Assembly (NCBI GenBank): GCA_026016225.1
Contig: CP061210.1
Location: forward strand, 2,000 to 65,999
Direction of reading: 5' to 3'
DNA length: 64,000 nt
Source of the DNA: Candidatus Nealsonbacteria bacterium
GTDB taxonomy: Bacteria > Patescibacteriota > Minisyncoccia > Minisyncoccales > JANBVM01
The position numbers and the translations under genes were made by a program. Shown one piece after another: positions 29,505-39,154 of this stretch. The stretch's first letter is position 1. Every line of letters begins with the position of its first letter. A model generated the notes under the pieces. That model did no database searches and had not been told where the DNA came from. It was given only the letters and a program-made list of their open reading frames with translations.

Positions 29505-31193
29505 ATGAAAAAATCAAAAGATGCTAAAAATCTAAAAATTATTCCTTTAGGTGGTCTCGGTGAAGTGGGCCGCAATATGACTTTGTTGGAATATGAGAAA
29601 AAAATTCTCATTATTGATATGGGCTTTCGAATGCCGGAAGAGGATATGCCGGGAATTGATTTTATTATTCCAAACATTGAATATCTTAGAAAAAGAAAGA
29701 AAAATATCTTAGGAATTGTATTTACTCATGGACACTACGACCACATCGGAGCTATTCCTTATTTAATTAAAAAAATTTACACGAAGAATTTAAAACTTTT
29801 TGCCAGCCCATTAACTAAAGGAATAATTCTAAAAAGACAGGAAGACTTTAAAGACCAACCCAAATTAAAAATTGAGGAAGTGAAAAACGGTTCAAGAATA
29901 AGATTGGAACAGTTTAAAATTGAATTTTTTAAACAAAACCATAATATTCCAGATAACTTAGGATTATTTATTGAAACACCTGTTGGGAATATATTACATA
30001 CTTCAGATTTCAAATTTGACCCAAATCCGGTAAACGATTTACCAACTGATTTTAAAAAGTTGAGAGAACTCGGAAGGAGAAAAATTTTACTGATGATTTC
30101 AGATTCTACCGGAGCCGAAGAAGAAGGTCATTCTTTATCAGAAAAAGAAATTTCAAAAAATTTAGAAGAAATATTAAAAACAGCTCCAGGCAGGGTTATT
30201 GCAGCTACCTTTTCTTCTTTGATAAACAGAATCCAACAAATTATTACTATTTCTGAAAAATATAAAAGAAAAGTCTGTATAGAAGGATATTCAATGAAAA
30301 CAAATGTCGAGATTTCAGAAAGGTTAGGATACATTAAAACAAAAAAAGACACTTTTATTACAACAAGAAAAATAAAAAATTATCCAGACCAAAAAATAAC
30401 AATTTTATGTACCGGAGCTCAAGGAGAAAAATCAGCCGCTCTAATGAGAATTATTAATAAAGAACATAAATTTTTGAGAATAAAAAGAAATGATACTATC
30501 ATTTTTTCTTCCTCTGTTATTCCGGGTAATGAAAGAACAGTGCAGTTTATGAAAGATGAAATTTTACGCCAGGGAGCTAAGGTTTATCATTATAAAATGA
30601 TGGATATTCACGCCGGCGGACATGCCAGAAAAGAAGAGTTGAAAGAAATGTTAGAGATTATGAAACCAAAATTTTTCCTGCCAAATCACGGACAACATTC
30701 CATGTTATTTGCTCATGCTGAGTTGGCAAAGAAAATAGGTATTCCAGAAAAAAACATAATTGTTGCTGAAAACGGACAGATTATTAACCTGAGCCGAAAA
30801 AGAATCTTTATTGAAAAAGAAAAAGCGCCTTCAAATTATATAATGGTTGATGGATTGGGTATCGGCGATGTAGGTGAAATTGTTTTAAGAGACAGACAGA
30901 TGTTGGCAGAAGATGGAATGTTTGTTATTATTGCTATCATTGATAAACAAACTGGAAAAGTTCGGGGTTCTCCTGATATAATATCAAGGGGATTCGTTTA
31001 TTTAAGAGAATCAAAGGGATTACTTAGAGATACAAGAAAAAAGATTATTGCTATTGTCAATAAAACCGCAGGAAGAGGTGGAGCCGTTAATTGGACTTAT
31101 GTTAAAAATGAAATCAGAAATAAAATAGGTCAGTTTCTTTTCTCTAAAACCCAAAGACGTCCTATGATTCTCCCTGTTCTCATAGAAGTGTAA
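29505..31193 (+). CDS. rnj: Ribonuclease J
   Basis: PLGGLGEVGRN, THGHYDHIG, HAGGH and RRPMILP. Confidence 0.96.
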   Translation: MKKSKDAKNLKIIPLGGLGEVGRNMTLLEYEKKILIIDMGFRMPEEDMPGIDFIIPNIEYLRKRKKNILGIVFTHGHYDHIGAIPYLIKKIYTKNLKLFASPLTKGIILKRQEDFKDQPKLKIEEVKNGSRIRLEQFKIEFFKQNHNIPDNLGLFIETPVGNILHTSDFKFDPNPVNDLPTDFKKLRELGRRKILLMISDSTGAEEEGHSLSEKEISKNLEEILKTAPGRVIAATFSSLINRIQQIITISEKYKRKVCIEGYSMKTNVEISERLGYIKTKKDTFITTRKIKNYPDQKITILCTGAQGEKSAALMRIINKEHKFLRIKRNDTIIFSSSVIPGNERTVQFMKDEILRQGAKVYHYKMMDIHAGGHARKEELKEMLEIMKPKFFLPNHGQHSMLFAHAELAKKIGIPEKNIIVAENGQIINLSRKRIFIEKEKAPSNYIMVDGLGIGDVGEIVLRDRQMLAEDGMFVIIAIIDKQTGKVRGSPDIISRGFVYLRESKGLLRDTRKKIIAIVNKTAGRGGAVNWTYVKNEIRNKIGQFLFSKTQRRPMILPVLIEV

Positions 31194-31205
31194 AACAACA
31201 ACACT

Positions 31206-32183
31206 ATGCGTATTTTTAGCGGTATCCGGCCAACCGGAAATCTCCATATTGGAAACTACTCAGGAGCAATCAAACAGTGGATTGAACTTCAAGAAAAAAA
31301 TGAATGCATTTTTTGTGTTGTTGATTTACATGCTATTACCACTCCATACAAAGAAGAAGAATTGCAAAAAAACATTTTGGAAACAGCAGTCACTTATTTA
31401 GCAGCTGGTTTGAATCCTGAAAAATCTATCATTTTTGTTCAATCTCAAGTAAAAGAACATGCTGAATTAGCTTGGCTCTTAAGTACTATCACTCCTGTGG
31501 GAGAATTGCAAAGAATGACTCAGTTTAAAGAAAAAAGCAAGAGGCATTCAAAACATGTTAATGCCGGTCTTTTGAATTATCCGATTTTAATGGCAGCTGA
31601 CATCTTACTCTATAAAACAGAGGCAGTACCCGTTGGTAAGGATCAGAAACAACATGTTGAATTAGCCAAGACCATTGCCAAAAAATTTAACCAGAGATTC
31701 GGCAAAAGTTTCAAAGTTCCAAAAACCCTTTTGTCTAAGACAGGTTCTAAGATTATGTCTTTGGAAAACCCAAAGAAAAAAATGTCAAAAACTGACAATC
31801 CTAAAGGTTGTATTGATTTATTCGAGGAACCCAAAGAAATTCGAAAAAAAATAATGTCTGCTGTTACAGACCCGGGAAGAAAAATTACTTATGATCTAAA
31901 GAAAAAACCAGGAATATCCAATCTCTTAACTATCTATTCTTTATTTTCTGGAAAATCAATCAAAGAACTGGAAAAGAAATTTAAAGGTAAGGGTTATGCA
32001 GAATTTAAAAAATCCCTCGCAAGATTATTAATTAATTCTTTAGAACCCTTTAGACAGAAAAGAAAAGAACTTCTCGCCAGAGAAGTTTATATTAGAGAAA
32101 TTTTAAAGCAAGGGCAAAAAAAAGCAGAAGTTATTGCTCAATTTACAATGCAAGAAGTCAAGCAAAAAATGGGTTTAATCTAA
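31206..32183 (+). CDS. trpS: Tryptophan--tRNA ligase
   Basis: HIGN, YPILMAADIL, VPVGKDQ and KMSKT. Confidence 0.97.
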   Translation: MRIFSGIRPTGNLHIGNYSGAIKQWIELQEKNECIFCVVDLHAITTPYKEEELQKNILETAVTYLAAGLNPEKSIIFVQSQVKEHAELAWLLSTITPVGELQRMTQFKEKSKRHSKHVNAGLLNYPILMAADILLYKTEAVPVGKDQKQHVELAKTIAKKFNQRFGKSFKVPKTLLSKTGSKIMSLENPKKKMSKTDNPKGCIDLFEEPKEIRKKIMSAVTDPGRKITYDLKKKPGISNLLTIYSLFSGKSIKELEKKFKGKGYAEFKKSLARLLINSLEPFRQKRKELLAREVYIREILKQGQKKAEVIAQFTMQEVKQKMGLI

Positions 32184-32184
32184 T

Positions 32185-32229
32185 AGTTGAAGGAGCTTTA
32201 GAGTTGAAGGAGCTTAGCTCCTTTTTTTT
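32185..32229. repeat. Short direct repeat ending in a terminator-like hairpin
   Basis: AGTTGAAGGAGCTT twice; the second copy forms AAGGAGC-TTA-GCTCCTT plus a T tract. Confidence 0.55.
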
Positions 32230-33644
32230 ATAAGAGAAATAAGTTCTTTTTTCTTTTTCTCTAATATTTTTTTTGTCTTAGCTTCAGCCACCAGTCTCAA
32301 AACAGGCTCTGTATTAGAGGGACGGAAATTAAACCACCAATTTGGAAAATTAATTTTTAAACCATCAATTTTTAATATCTCTCCTTTTTTTCCAAACTTT
32401 TTTTCTAAGATTTTTAAAATCTTTTTTTTATCTTTGACTTTAAAGTTTATTTCCCCTGAATGATAATATTTCTTGAAAGGTTTAATCAGTTGAGAAAGAG
32501 TCTTTTTAGTCTCAGACATTTCTTTTAAAATAGAAAACAAAATTAAGAAAGGACACTCACAAAAATAATGCTTTCTTGAATAATAATGACCTGAGAATTC
32601 TCCGGCAAAGAAAACATTTTCTTTTCTCATCCTTTCTTTTATGAAAGAATGTCCTATTCTGTTTTCTAAAGGAAGACCTTTGTTCTTCTCTATTGTTTCC
32701 CTAACAATATTGCTTGAACGAACATCGTATATAACTTTTTTTCCTGAGCTTCCTTTTAGAATTATATTAACTATTAAAGCAGTAACAATATCTCCCGGGA
32801 CAATCTCTCCCCTCTCGGTGATAAAAACAATCCTATCTCCATCTCCGTCGAAAGCTATTCCTAAATCGCTTTTTCTTTTTAAAACCTCTTTTTTTAAAAA
32901 TCTCAAATTTTCTTTTTTTAATGGGTCAGGATTATGATTAGGGAAAGAACCGTCAAGTTCTTGAAAAAGATGATAGATTTTAAGAGGAGATTTTTTAAAA
33001 ACACTTGGAATTACTATACCTGAAACGCTGTTGGCAGTATCTACAACTATTTTAAAAGGATAAATCTTATTAATATAAAATTCTCTAAGATTAAATTTCA
33101 CATAATCTTGAAGAACTTTCTTTTTTATTATTCTGCCTTTTTTTTTAACTGTAGTTTTTTTAGCTAAGGTTCTTGTCTCACACAAGGTTCTTAATTTCGG
33201 AGAAATCAAGGTTCTTGTGGCACACAAGGTTCTTATTCTTTTTAAACCTGTTTTTCCACTAATAGGAATTGCTTTTTCTCTAACCAATTTAAAACCATTG
33301 TACTCTGGAGGATTATGGGAGCTTGTAATTACTATTCCTCCATCAAATCTATAAAAAGCTACAGCAAAATAAAACATAGGGGTAGTAGAAAGCCCTATGT
33401 CAATAACATCAGCTCCGGCATTAGTAATTCCTTTGCTTAAGCTTTTAAATAAGGTAGGAGAGGAAAGACGATTATCTTGACCTACCACAATTTTAAGTCT
33501 TGTCTTCCTTTTAATTTTAGATTTTTTTTGTCTCAAAAATTTAACTAGGGCTTGCCCAATTTTAAAGGCAAAGTCCTCATTAAAATCATCAAGATAAATT
33601 CCCCGAATATCATATGCTCTAAAGATGTCAGGGTTGATTTTCAT
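32214..33644 (-). CDS. Phosphomannomutase/phosphoglucomutase
   Basis: FRAYDIRG, ITSSHNP, FDGDGDR, GEFSGH and RPSNTEP. Confidence 0.95.
   Translation of the reverse strand: MKINPDIFRAYDIRGIYLDDFNEDFAFKIGQALVKFLRQKKSKIKRKTRLKIVVGQDNRLSSPTLFKSLSKGITNAGADVIDIGLSTTPMFYFAVAFYRFDGGIVITSSHNPPEYNGFKLVREKAIPISGKTGLKRIRTLCATRTLISPKLRTLCETRTLAKKTTVKKKGRIIKKKVLQDYVKFNLREFYINKIYPFKIVVDTANSVSGIVIPSVFKKSPLKIYHLFQELDGSFPNHNPDPLKKENLRFLKKEVLKRKSDLGIAFDGDGDRIVFITERGEIVPGDIVTALIVNIILKGSSGKKVIYDVRSSNIVRETIEKNKGLPLENRIGHSFIKERMRKENVFFAGEFSGHYYSRKHYFCECPFLILFSILKEMSETKKTLSQLIKPFKKYYHSGEINFKVKDKKKILKILEKKFGKKGEILKIDGLKINFPNWWFNFRPSNTEPVLRLVAEAKTKKILEKKKKELISLIKKRS
33166..33234 (-). repeat. In-frame AAGAACCTT repeat/spacer array inside the PMM/PGM gene
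   Basis: Four AAGAACCTT copies with 9-, 15- and 9-nt spacers; encodes RTLCATRTLISPKLRTLCETRTL. Confidence 0.9.
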
Positions 33645-33668
33645 ATGGTTTTATTATATCATAACCTT

Positions 33669-34685
33669 ATGAGTTTTTCAGTAGGTATTGTCGGTTTACC
33701 AAATGTTGGTAAATCCACATTATTTAAAGCTTTAACTAAAAAGAAAGTTAATATTGCTCCCCGTCCTTTCACAACTATAAAACCCAATTTAGGAATAGTT
33801 TCTGTTCCGGACGAAAGATTAGATAAATTAGCTGAAATTATTAAACCTGAAAAGGTAACTCCGACTGTTATTGAATTCATTGACATTGCAGGATTAGTTA
33901 AAGGAGCTCATAAAGGAGAGGGTCTTGGAAATCAGTTCTTAGCTCAAATCAGAAATTGTGACGCTATTTTAGAAGTAATAAGGGCTTTTGAAAATCAAGA
34001 GGTAGAAAATGTTTTAAGAGAAATTAACCCAGAAAAAGAAATAGAAGTGATAAAGATTGAACTTTTAATGAAAGACCTTGAAACCTTAGAAAAAATAATC
34101 TCAAAATTAGAAAAAAAAACTTTAGAAAAAGTTAAAGTCTTTCAAAAAATTAAAGAAGGAGTTTCTCGTGGAGAATTAATCTCAGAAATAAATTTAACCG
34201 ATAAAGAAAATTTAAAAATTAAAGAATATCAGTTTCTAACAACAAAACCAACTTTATTTGTATTAAATACTAACACTAAAAAAAGGTCATTACAGATGAA
34301 ATCTAAATACTTGCAAATAAACTTAAAAGATGAGGAAGAAATATCAGAACTTTCAGAATCAGACAAAAAAGAGCTCGGTTTAGAACTCCATCTTGATGGT
34401 TTAGTTAGAGCTTGCTATGATATTTTAGACTTAATTACTTTTTTCACGGTCTCGGGTGGAAAAGAAACAAGAGCCTGGACAATAACTAAGGGTTCTGACG
34501 CTTTAGAGGCTGGAAAAACTGTTCATTCTGACTTCAAAGAAAAATTCATAAAAGCTGAAGTTGTTAATTGGAAAGAATTAGTTTTAAGTGGCTCTTGGTC
34601 GAAAGCCAGAGAAAAAGGATTAATAGCAATTGTTGGCAAAGATTATCTCATTCAAGATGGTGACGTTGTTGAATTTAAGATTTAA
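33669..34685 (+). CDS. ychF: Obg-family ATPase YchF
   Basis: GIVGLPNVGKSTLF, DIAGLVKGAHKGEGLGNQFL, TGS tail. True start is ATG 33669; the track extension overlaps the PMM gene. Confidence 0.95.
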   Translation: MSFSVGIVGLPNVGKSTLFKALTKKKVNIAPRPFTTIKPNLGIVSVPDERLDKLAEIIKPEKVTPTVIEFIDIAGLVKGAHKGEGLGNQFLAQIRNCDAILEVIRAFENQEVENVLREINPEKEIEVIKIELLMKDLETLEKIISKLEKKTLEKVKVFQKIKEGVSRGELISEINLTDKENLKIKEYQFLTTKPTLFVLNTNTKKRSLQMKSKYLQINLKDEEEISELSESDKKELGLELHLDGLVRACYDILDLITFFTVSGGKETRAWTITKGSDALEAGKTVHSDFKEKFIKAEVVNWKELVLSGSWSKAREKGLIAIVGKDYLIQDGDVVEFKI

Positions 34686-34816
34686 GAACCTTCTGCGAAG
34701 CAGAAGAACCTTGATTCTTCGAATTAAGAACCATTCGCTTCGCTCAGAACCTTGATTCTGCGAATTAAGAACCTTCTGCGAAGCAGAAGAACCTTGATTC
34801 TTCGAATTAATAACCT
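34684..34816 (+). repeat. Intergenic AAGAACCTT repeat/hairpin-spacer array
   Basis: Six to seven copies of AAGAACCTT or variants, alternating with CTGCGAAGCAG, GATTCTTCGAATT and TCGCTTCGCTC. Confidence 0.92.
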
Positions 34817-35218
34817 ATGAAAATATACGAATTTACATATTTAATACACCCTGATATTTCTAATGAAGATATAAACTCTTTGCAGAATAAGATAGAGTCA
34901 TTTATTAAAGAAGAAAAAGGTTCTATTATCAAAACCAATCCGCCGGTTAAAAAGAGATTGGCTTATTCAATTAAGAAAAATAGAGAGGCTTTTTTAACTG
35001 ACTTAACTTTTAGTTTAGAACCTGAAAAATTAAATAATCTGAATAAAAAAATAAAATCAGAGAAGAAAATCCTTCGCTATCTAATCTTCAAAAAGAAAAT
35101 ATTAAAAAAGAAATTACTGGTTCCTTATAAACGAAAAGTTAAACCAAAAGTTAAACCAAAAGTAAAGGTCGAATTAAAAGAAATCGAAAAGAAACTTGAA
35201 GAAATTCTTGGCGAATAG
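34817..35218 (+). CDS. rpsF: 30S ribosomal protein S6
   Basis: YEFTYLIHP, KRLAYSIKK, ILRYLI; rpsF-ssb-rpsR synteny. Confidence 0.93.
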   Translation: MKIYEFTYLIHPDISNEDINSLQNKIESFIKEEKGSIIKTNPPVKKRLAYSIKKNREAFLTDLTFSLEPEKLNNLNKKIKSEKKILRYLIFKKKILKKKLLVPYKRKVKPKVKPKVKVELKEIEKKLEEILGE

Positions 35219-35244
35219 CCACAAATATTAGCGATTTTAAAATA

Positions 35245-35679
35245 ATGAATTTAAACAAAGTATTTTTAATTGGCCGTTTAACCCGCGACCCCGAAATGAA
35301 AGTACTCCCTTCTGGTCAGTCAGTTACAAACTTCGGATTAGCTACTGATAGTTTTTTTACTGACAAATCTGGTCAAAAACAACAACAAGTTGAATTTCAT
35401 AACATGGTTTTGTTTGGAAGATTAGCTGAGATTGCCTCACAATATTTAAAAAAAGGTTCTTTGGCTTTTTTTGAAGGAAGAATTAGAACTAGAAGCTGGG
35501 AAGATTCTTCGGGAAATAAAAGATATAGAACCGAGATTATAGCCCAAAGACTCCAATTAGGACCTAAATCCGCGGGGAAAATAATACCTCCTGAACCTAA
35601 AAAGGAAACATTAAAAGAAGAAATTCCAATAATTGAGGAGGGAGAGGGGGAAATAAATGTTGAAAATATACCATTTTAA
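35245..35679 (+). CDS. ssb: Single-stranded DNA-binding protein
   Basis: NKVFLIGRLTRDPE and acidic IPF tail. Confidence 0.97.
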   Translation: MNLNKVFLIGRLTRDPEMKVLPSGQSVTNFGLATDSFFTDKSGQKQQQVEFHNMVLFGRLAEIASQYLKKGSLAFFEGRIRTRSWEDSSGNKRYRTEIIAQRLQLGPKSAGKIIPPEPKKETLKEEIPIIEEGEGEINVENIPF

Positions 35680-35686
35680 GTAATGT

Positions 35687-35884
35687 ATGGCTTGTTATTT
35701 GTGTCAAAGAAATATCCAGGAGATTGACTTTAAAAATGTCAAATTTCTAATGAAATTTATTTCTGGATTAAAAAAAATCAGACCGAAAAAAAGAACTGGA
35801 GTTTGCTCCAGTCATCAAAGAAAATTAGCAAAAGCTATTAAGAGAGCTCGTTATCTGGGATTACTTCCCTATACAGCAAAATAA
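35687..35884 (+). CDS. rpsR: 30S ribosomal protein S18 (CxxC form)
   Basis: CYLC, IDFKNV and HQRKLAKAIKRARYLGLLPY. Confidence 0.96.
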   Translation: MACYLCQRNIQEIDFKNVKFLMKFISGLKKIRPKKRTGVCSSHQRKLAKAIKRARYLGLLPYTAK

Positions 35885-35927
35885 TACGGAATTTCCATAC
35901 TAATTTCCATTTTCTAACAACTATTTT

Positions 35928-36935
35928 TTAGGCTTGCTCTGTTATAGCTTTTTTTAATTTAGCTAATACCTCTTTGTTTTCTTTCAAAAATTTCCTGCTG
36001 GCTTCCATTCCTTGTCCTAATTTCACGTTTTCATACTGATACCAGCTACCTGCTCTTTTAACTACTTCTTTTTTTAGAGCTGTATTTAAAACATCTCCAA
36101 TATAAGAAATACCTTCATTATAGTAAATATCAAATTCAGCTGTTTTAAAAGGAGGCGCAACCTTATTTTTAACAATCTTAGCTTTTATCCTACTACCGAT
36201 AATTTCATCGCCATGTTTTATCTGGGCAATCCTTCTCAGATTAATTCTTACTGAAGCATAAAATTTTAAAGCTAAACCCCCGGGCGTTGTTTCCGGATTA
36301 CCAAACCGCTGACCGATTTTCATTCTTGTCTGGTTAATAAAAATAACCGCTGTTCTTGTTTTAGAGATAATCCCAGAAAGCTTGCGACACGCTTGACTCA
36401 TTAAACGCGCCTGAAGTCCAATCTGGAACTCTCCCATTTCACCCGCAATCTCAGCTTTGGGAACTAAAGCAGCTACTGAATCAATAACAATTACGTCAAC
36501 CTCACCTGATTTAACTAAGGTTTCAACGATTTGAAGAGCTTGTTCGCCTGAATCGGGTTGAGAAATCAATAAATCATCAACGTTCACTCCGATTCTCCTG
36601 GCATAATCAACATCTAAAGCATGCTCAGCATCAATAAAGGCTCCAACTCCTCCTCTTTTTTGAGCTTCAGTTAAAATATGTAATGCTAAAGTACTTTTAC
36701 CACTCATTTCAGGTCCGTAAATCTCAATTACTCTACCCTTGGGTACTCCACCTACTCCCAAAGCTAAATCTAAAGAAATAGAACCTGTTGGAATAATTTC
36801 AACGGTGGATAATTTAGCATCTTTCAATCTCATAATTGAGCCCTCTCCAAACCTTTGCTGAATCTCATCTAATGCTTCTTTTAACTGTTTCTTTTCTCCG
36901 CCGGCTGGCGGATTTCTCTTTTTTTGTTTTACCAT
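35928..36935 (-). CDS. recA: Recombinase A
   Basis: [25 protein letters not shown] and [10 protein letters not shown]. Confidence 0.98.
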   Translation of the reverse strand: MVKQKKRNPPAGGEKKQLKEALDEIQQRFGEGSIMRLKDAKLSTVEIIPTGSISLDLALGVGGVPKGRVIEIYGPEMSGKSTLALHILTEAQKRGGVGAFIDAEHALDVDYARRIGVNVDDLLISQPDSGEQALQIVETLVKSGEVDVIVIDSVAALVPKAEIAGEMGEFQIGLQARLMSQACRKLSGIISKTRTAVIFINQTRMKIGQRFGNPETTPGGLALKFYASVRINLRRIAQIKHGDEIIGSRIKAKIVKNKVAPPFKTAEFDIYYNEGISYIGDVLNTALKKEVVKRAGSWYQYENVKLGQGMEASRKFLKENKEVLAKLKKAITEQA

Positions 36936-36966
36936 AGTGTCTAGAACTTATATGTTTTTTTAATAT

Positions 36967-39129
36967 TTACACCGACTGCCAACCATCATCATCGTATTTT
37001 TCATTCTGGCTAACTCCTTCAATATGGCTTTCATCAGCATCAGAGAGGTAAACCTCTCTTGGTTTTGCACCTCGACCAGGTCCTACTACTCTTCTCTCTT
37101 CAAGCATGTCTATTAATCTGGCAGCCCTGGCATAACCTATTCTTAATTTTCTTTGCAAAAAAGAAGCTGAAGCCCTCCTGTTTTGGATTATAACTCTTTT
37201 TGCCTCCTCGTATAAAGAATCTTCTTGAGAAAAAAAACTCCCCAAATCTCCACCCGATGCTCCTAAATTTCTTTCCAAAGCTTCAAACAATTTTTCTTTT
37301 AAGTTTTCTCTTTCGAATTTTGGCTGAGTTTTTGACTTTATCCAATTTACCACCCTTTTGACTTCTTTCTCAGAAACATAAGCAGCTTGTATTCTTTTTG
37401 GCTTAACGATTTCGCTTGAAATAAAAAGCATATCTCCTGCGCCTAAAAGCTTCTCTGCACCAGCCATATCTAAAACCGTTCTGGAATCAACCTGAGAAGC
37501 TACCTGAAAAGTAATTCTTGAACTAATGTTAGCTTTAATAAGTCCCGTAATTATTTCAACCGACGGTCTTTGGGTAGCCACAACTATATGAACTCCAACT
37601 GCCCGAGCCATCTGGGCTAATCTTACAATTGAGGCTTCCACATCTCTACCTTTAGCAACCATTAAATCAGCTAATTCATCAATGACCAAAACAATGTAGG
37701 ATAAATGTTCATCTCCGGTATTGAAAGCTTTCTCATTATAACTGAAAATATTTCTTGCTTTTAATTTAGCTAATAGTTTAAATCTCCTCTCCATCTCTTC
37801 AATTAACCACTTTAAAGCATTAACTGCCCTTGAAGCGTCTACGATGGCCGGACATAAAAGATGAGGAAGTCCTCCATAAACCGTAAATTCAACTCTTTTT
37901 GGGTCAATTAAGATAAATTTTAAATTGTCAGAAGAATTTTTATAAATAAGAGAGAGAATTAAAGTGTTTAAAAAAATTGTCTTACCTGTGCCGGTGGAAC
38001 CCGCTACTAATAAATGGGGCATCTTTCCAAGGTCGGCATAAACAGGATTGCCTGAAACATCTTTGCCTAAACAAAAGGTTAACTGAGAAGAATATTCTTG
38101 AAATTTTGAATTTTGGATTAACCCTTTTAATCGAACAAAAGCTCTTACTTTATTTGGAACCTCAATTCCAACCAAGCTTTTACCCGGTATAGGGGCCTCA
38201 ATTCTAATTGGGTGAGTAGCTAAAGCTAAAGCCAAATCGTTAGATAAAGAGGTTATTCTTGATAATTTTATTCCGTTAGCAGGTTTTAAAGAATATTGAG
38301 TAACCGTAGGTCCTACATTCACTTCTGACATTTCTACGGGAATTTCAAAGCTTTCTAACGCTTTTTTAATAATTATTGAGTTTGTCTTGATGTCGCCGGC
38401 AGAAGGTTGACCTTTTGTCGAATCTAATAACTCTATTGGTGGTGTTTTATATTCTTTTTCTCTCTCCGGGTATTCAATCGCTTTTGTTTTTAATTTCAAA
38501 AAGGGTTCTTTAATAACTCTTTCTTCTTTTTTAAAGGCAGAAGCAGGTTCTACGTTTTTTACCTTAAAAGAAGGAGTAAAAATTCTTTTAATTAAAGATG
38601 GTTTTTTCTCCTCTTTTATTTCAGATTCTTCAGAAACCGGCTGTTTTAATAAACGCCAAAAAATCAATCCTCCAATTACTATTACCAAAGAGGCTATAAT
38701 CTGGGTAACCCAAAAACCAAAAAGTCTTGAAAGGACTAAGGTTAAAATATAGCCTAATAACCCTCCCTGTCTAAGTCCCGGCTCCAAACTCTCTAAGATT
38801 CCACAAATTCCAAATACAGAAATAATAATTGCTAAAAGTAAAGGCTGAAAGAGCTTTTTGTAATTAGCCCTAAAAAATGCCAATCCAGAAATAGTTAAAA
38901 TTAAAGGTAACAAAAAAATAGCTTTCCCTGCCAAGAAAGAAAAAGCTTTAAAAAGAGCATTTCCTGCCACTCCTGCTTTTTCAAAAAAACTTAAAGCAAA
39001 AATTATTGCCAAAAGAAAAGAGGTTATTCCAAAAATATATCTTTTTGTTTCTTCTTTCGAAAAAAAGCTGCTAATTTTTGTCGAATTTGAATTCTTACTT
39101 TTCTTTCTTTTTTTCTTATTCCTGCTCAT
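36967..39129 (-). CDS. ftsK: DNA translocase FtsK/SpoIIIE
   Basis: N-terminal TMs, PHLLVAGSTGTGKT, IDELADLM, ATQRPS, gamma domain LQRKLRIGYARAARLID. Confidence 0.96.
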   Translation of the reverse strand: MSRNKKKRKKSKNSNSTKISSFFSKEETKRYIFGITSFLLAIIFALSFFEKAGVAGNALFKAFSFLAGKAIFLLPLILTISGLAFFRANYKKLFQPLLLAIIISVFGICGILESLEPGLRQGGLLGYILTLVLSRLFGFWVTQIIASLVIVIGGLIFWRLLKQPVSEESEIKEEKKPSLIKRIFTPSFKVKNVEPASAFKKEERVIKEPFLKLKTKAIEYPEREKEYKTPPIELLDSTKGQPSAGDIKTNSIIIKKALESFEIPVEMSEVNVGPTVTQYSLKPANGIKLSRITSLSNDLALALATHPIRIEAPIPGKSLVGIEVPNKVRAFVRLKGLIQNSKFQEYSSQLTFCLGKDVSGNPVYADLGKMPHLLVAGSTGTGKTIFLNTLILSLIYKNSSDNLKFILIDPKRVEFTVYGGLPHLLCPAIVDASRAVNALKWLIEEMERRFKLLAKLKARNIFSYNEKAFNTGDEHLSYIVLVIDELADLMVAKGRDVEASIVRLAQMARAVGVHIVVATQRPSVEIITGLIKANISSRITFQVASQVDSRTVLDMAGAEKLLGAGDMLFISSEIVKPKRIQAAYVSEKEVKRVVNWIKSKTQPKFERENLKEKLFEALERNLGASGGDLGSFFSQEDSLYEEAKRVIIQNRRASASFLQRKLRIGYARAARLIDMLEERRVVGPGRGAKPREVYLSDADESHIEGVSQNEKYDDDGWQSV

Positions 39130-39154
39130 ACTTAAAGTAAGGCTTAATGTTTAA

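Noticed and set aside
33552..33668. N-terminal extension of YchF in the ORF track
   Set aside because: Overlaps the PMM/PGM start on the other strand; the family N-terminus begins at ATG 33669.
34684..34816. Possible CRISPR array
   Set aside because: 9-bp repeats, 10-13-nt recurring palindromic spacers and no cas genes; reported as a different repeat type.
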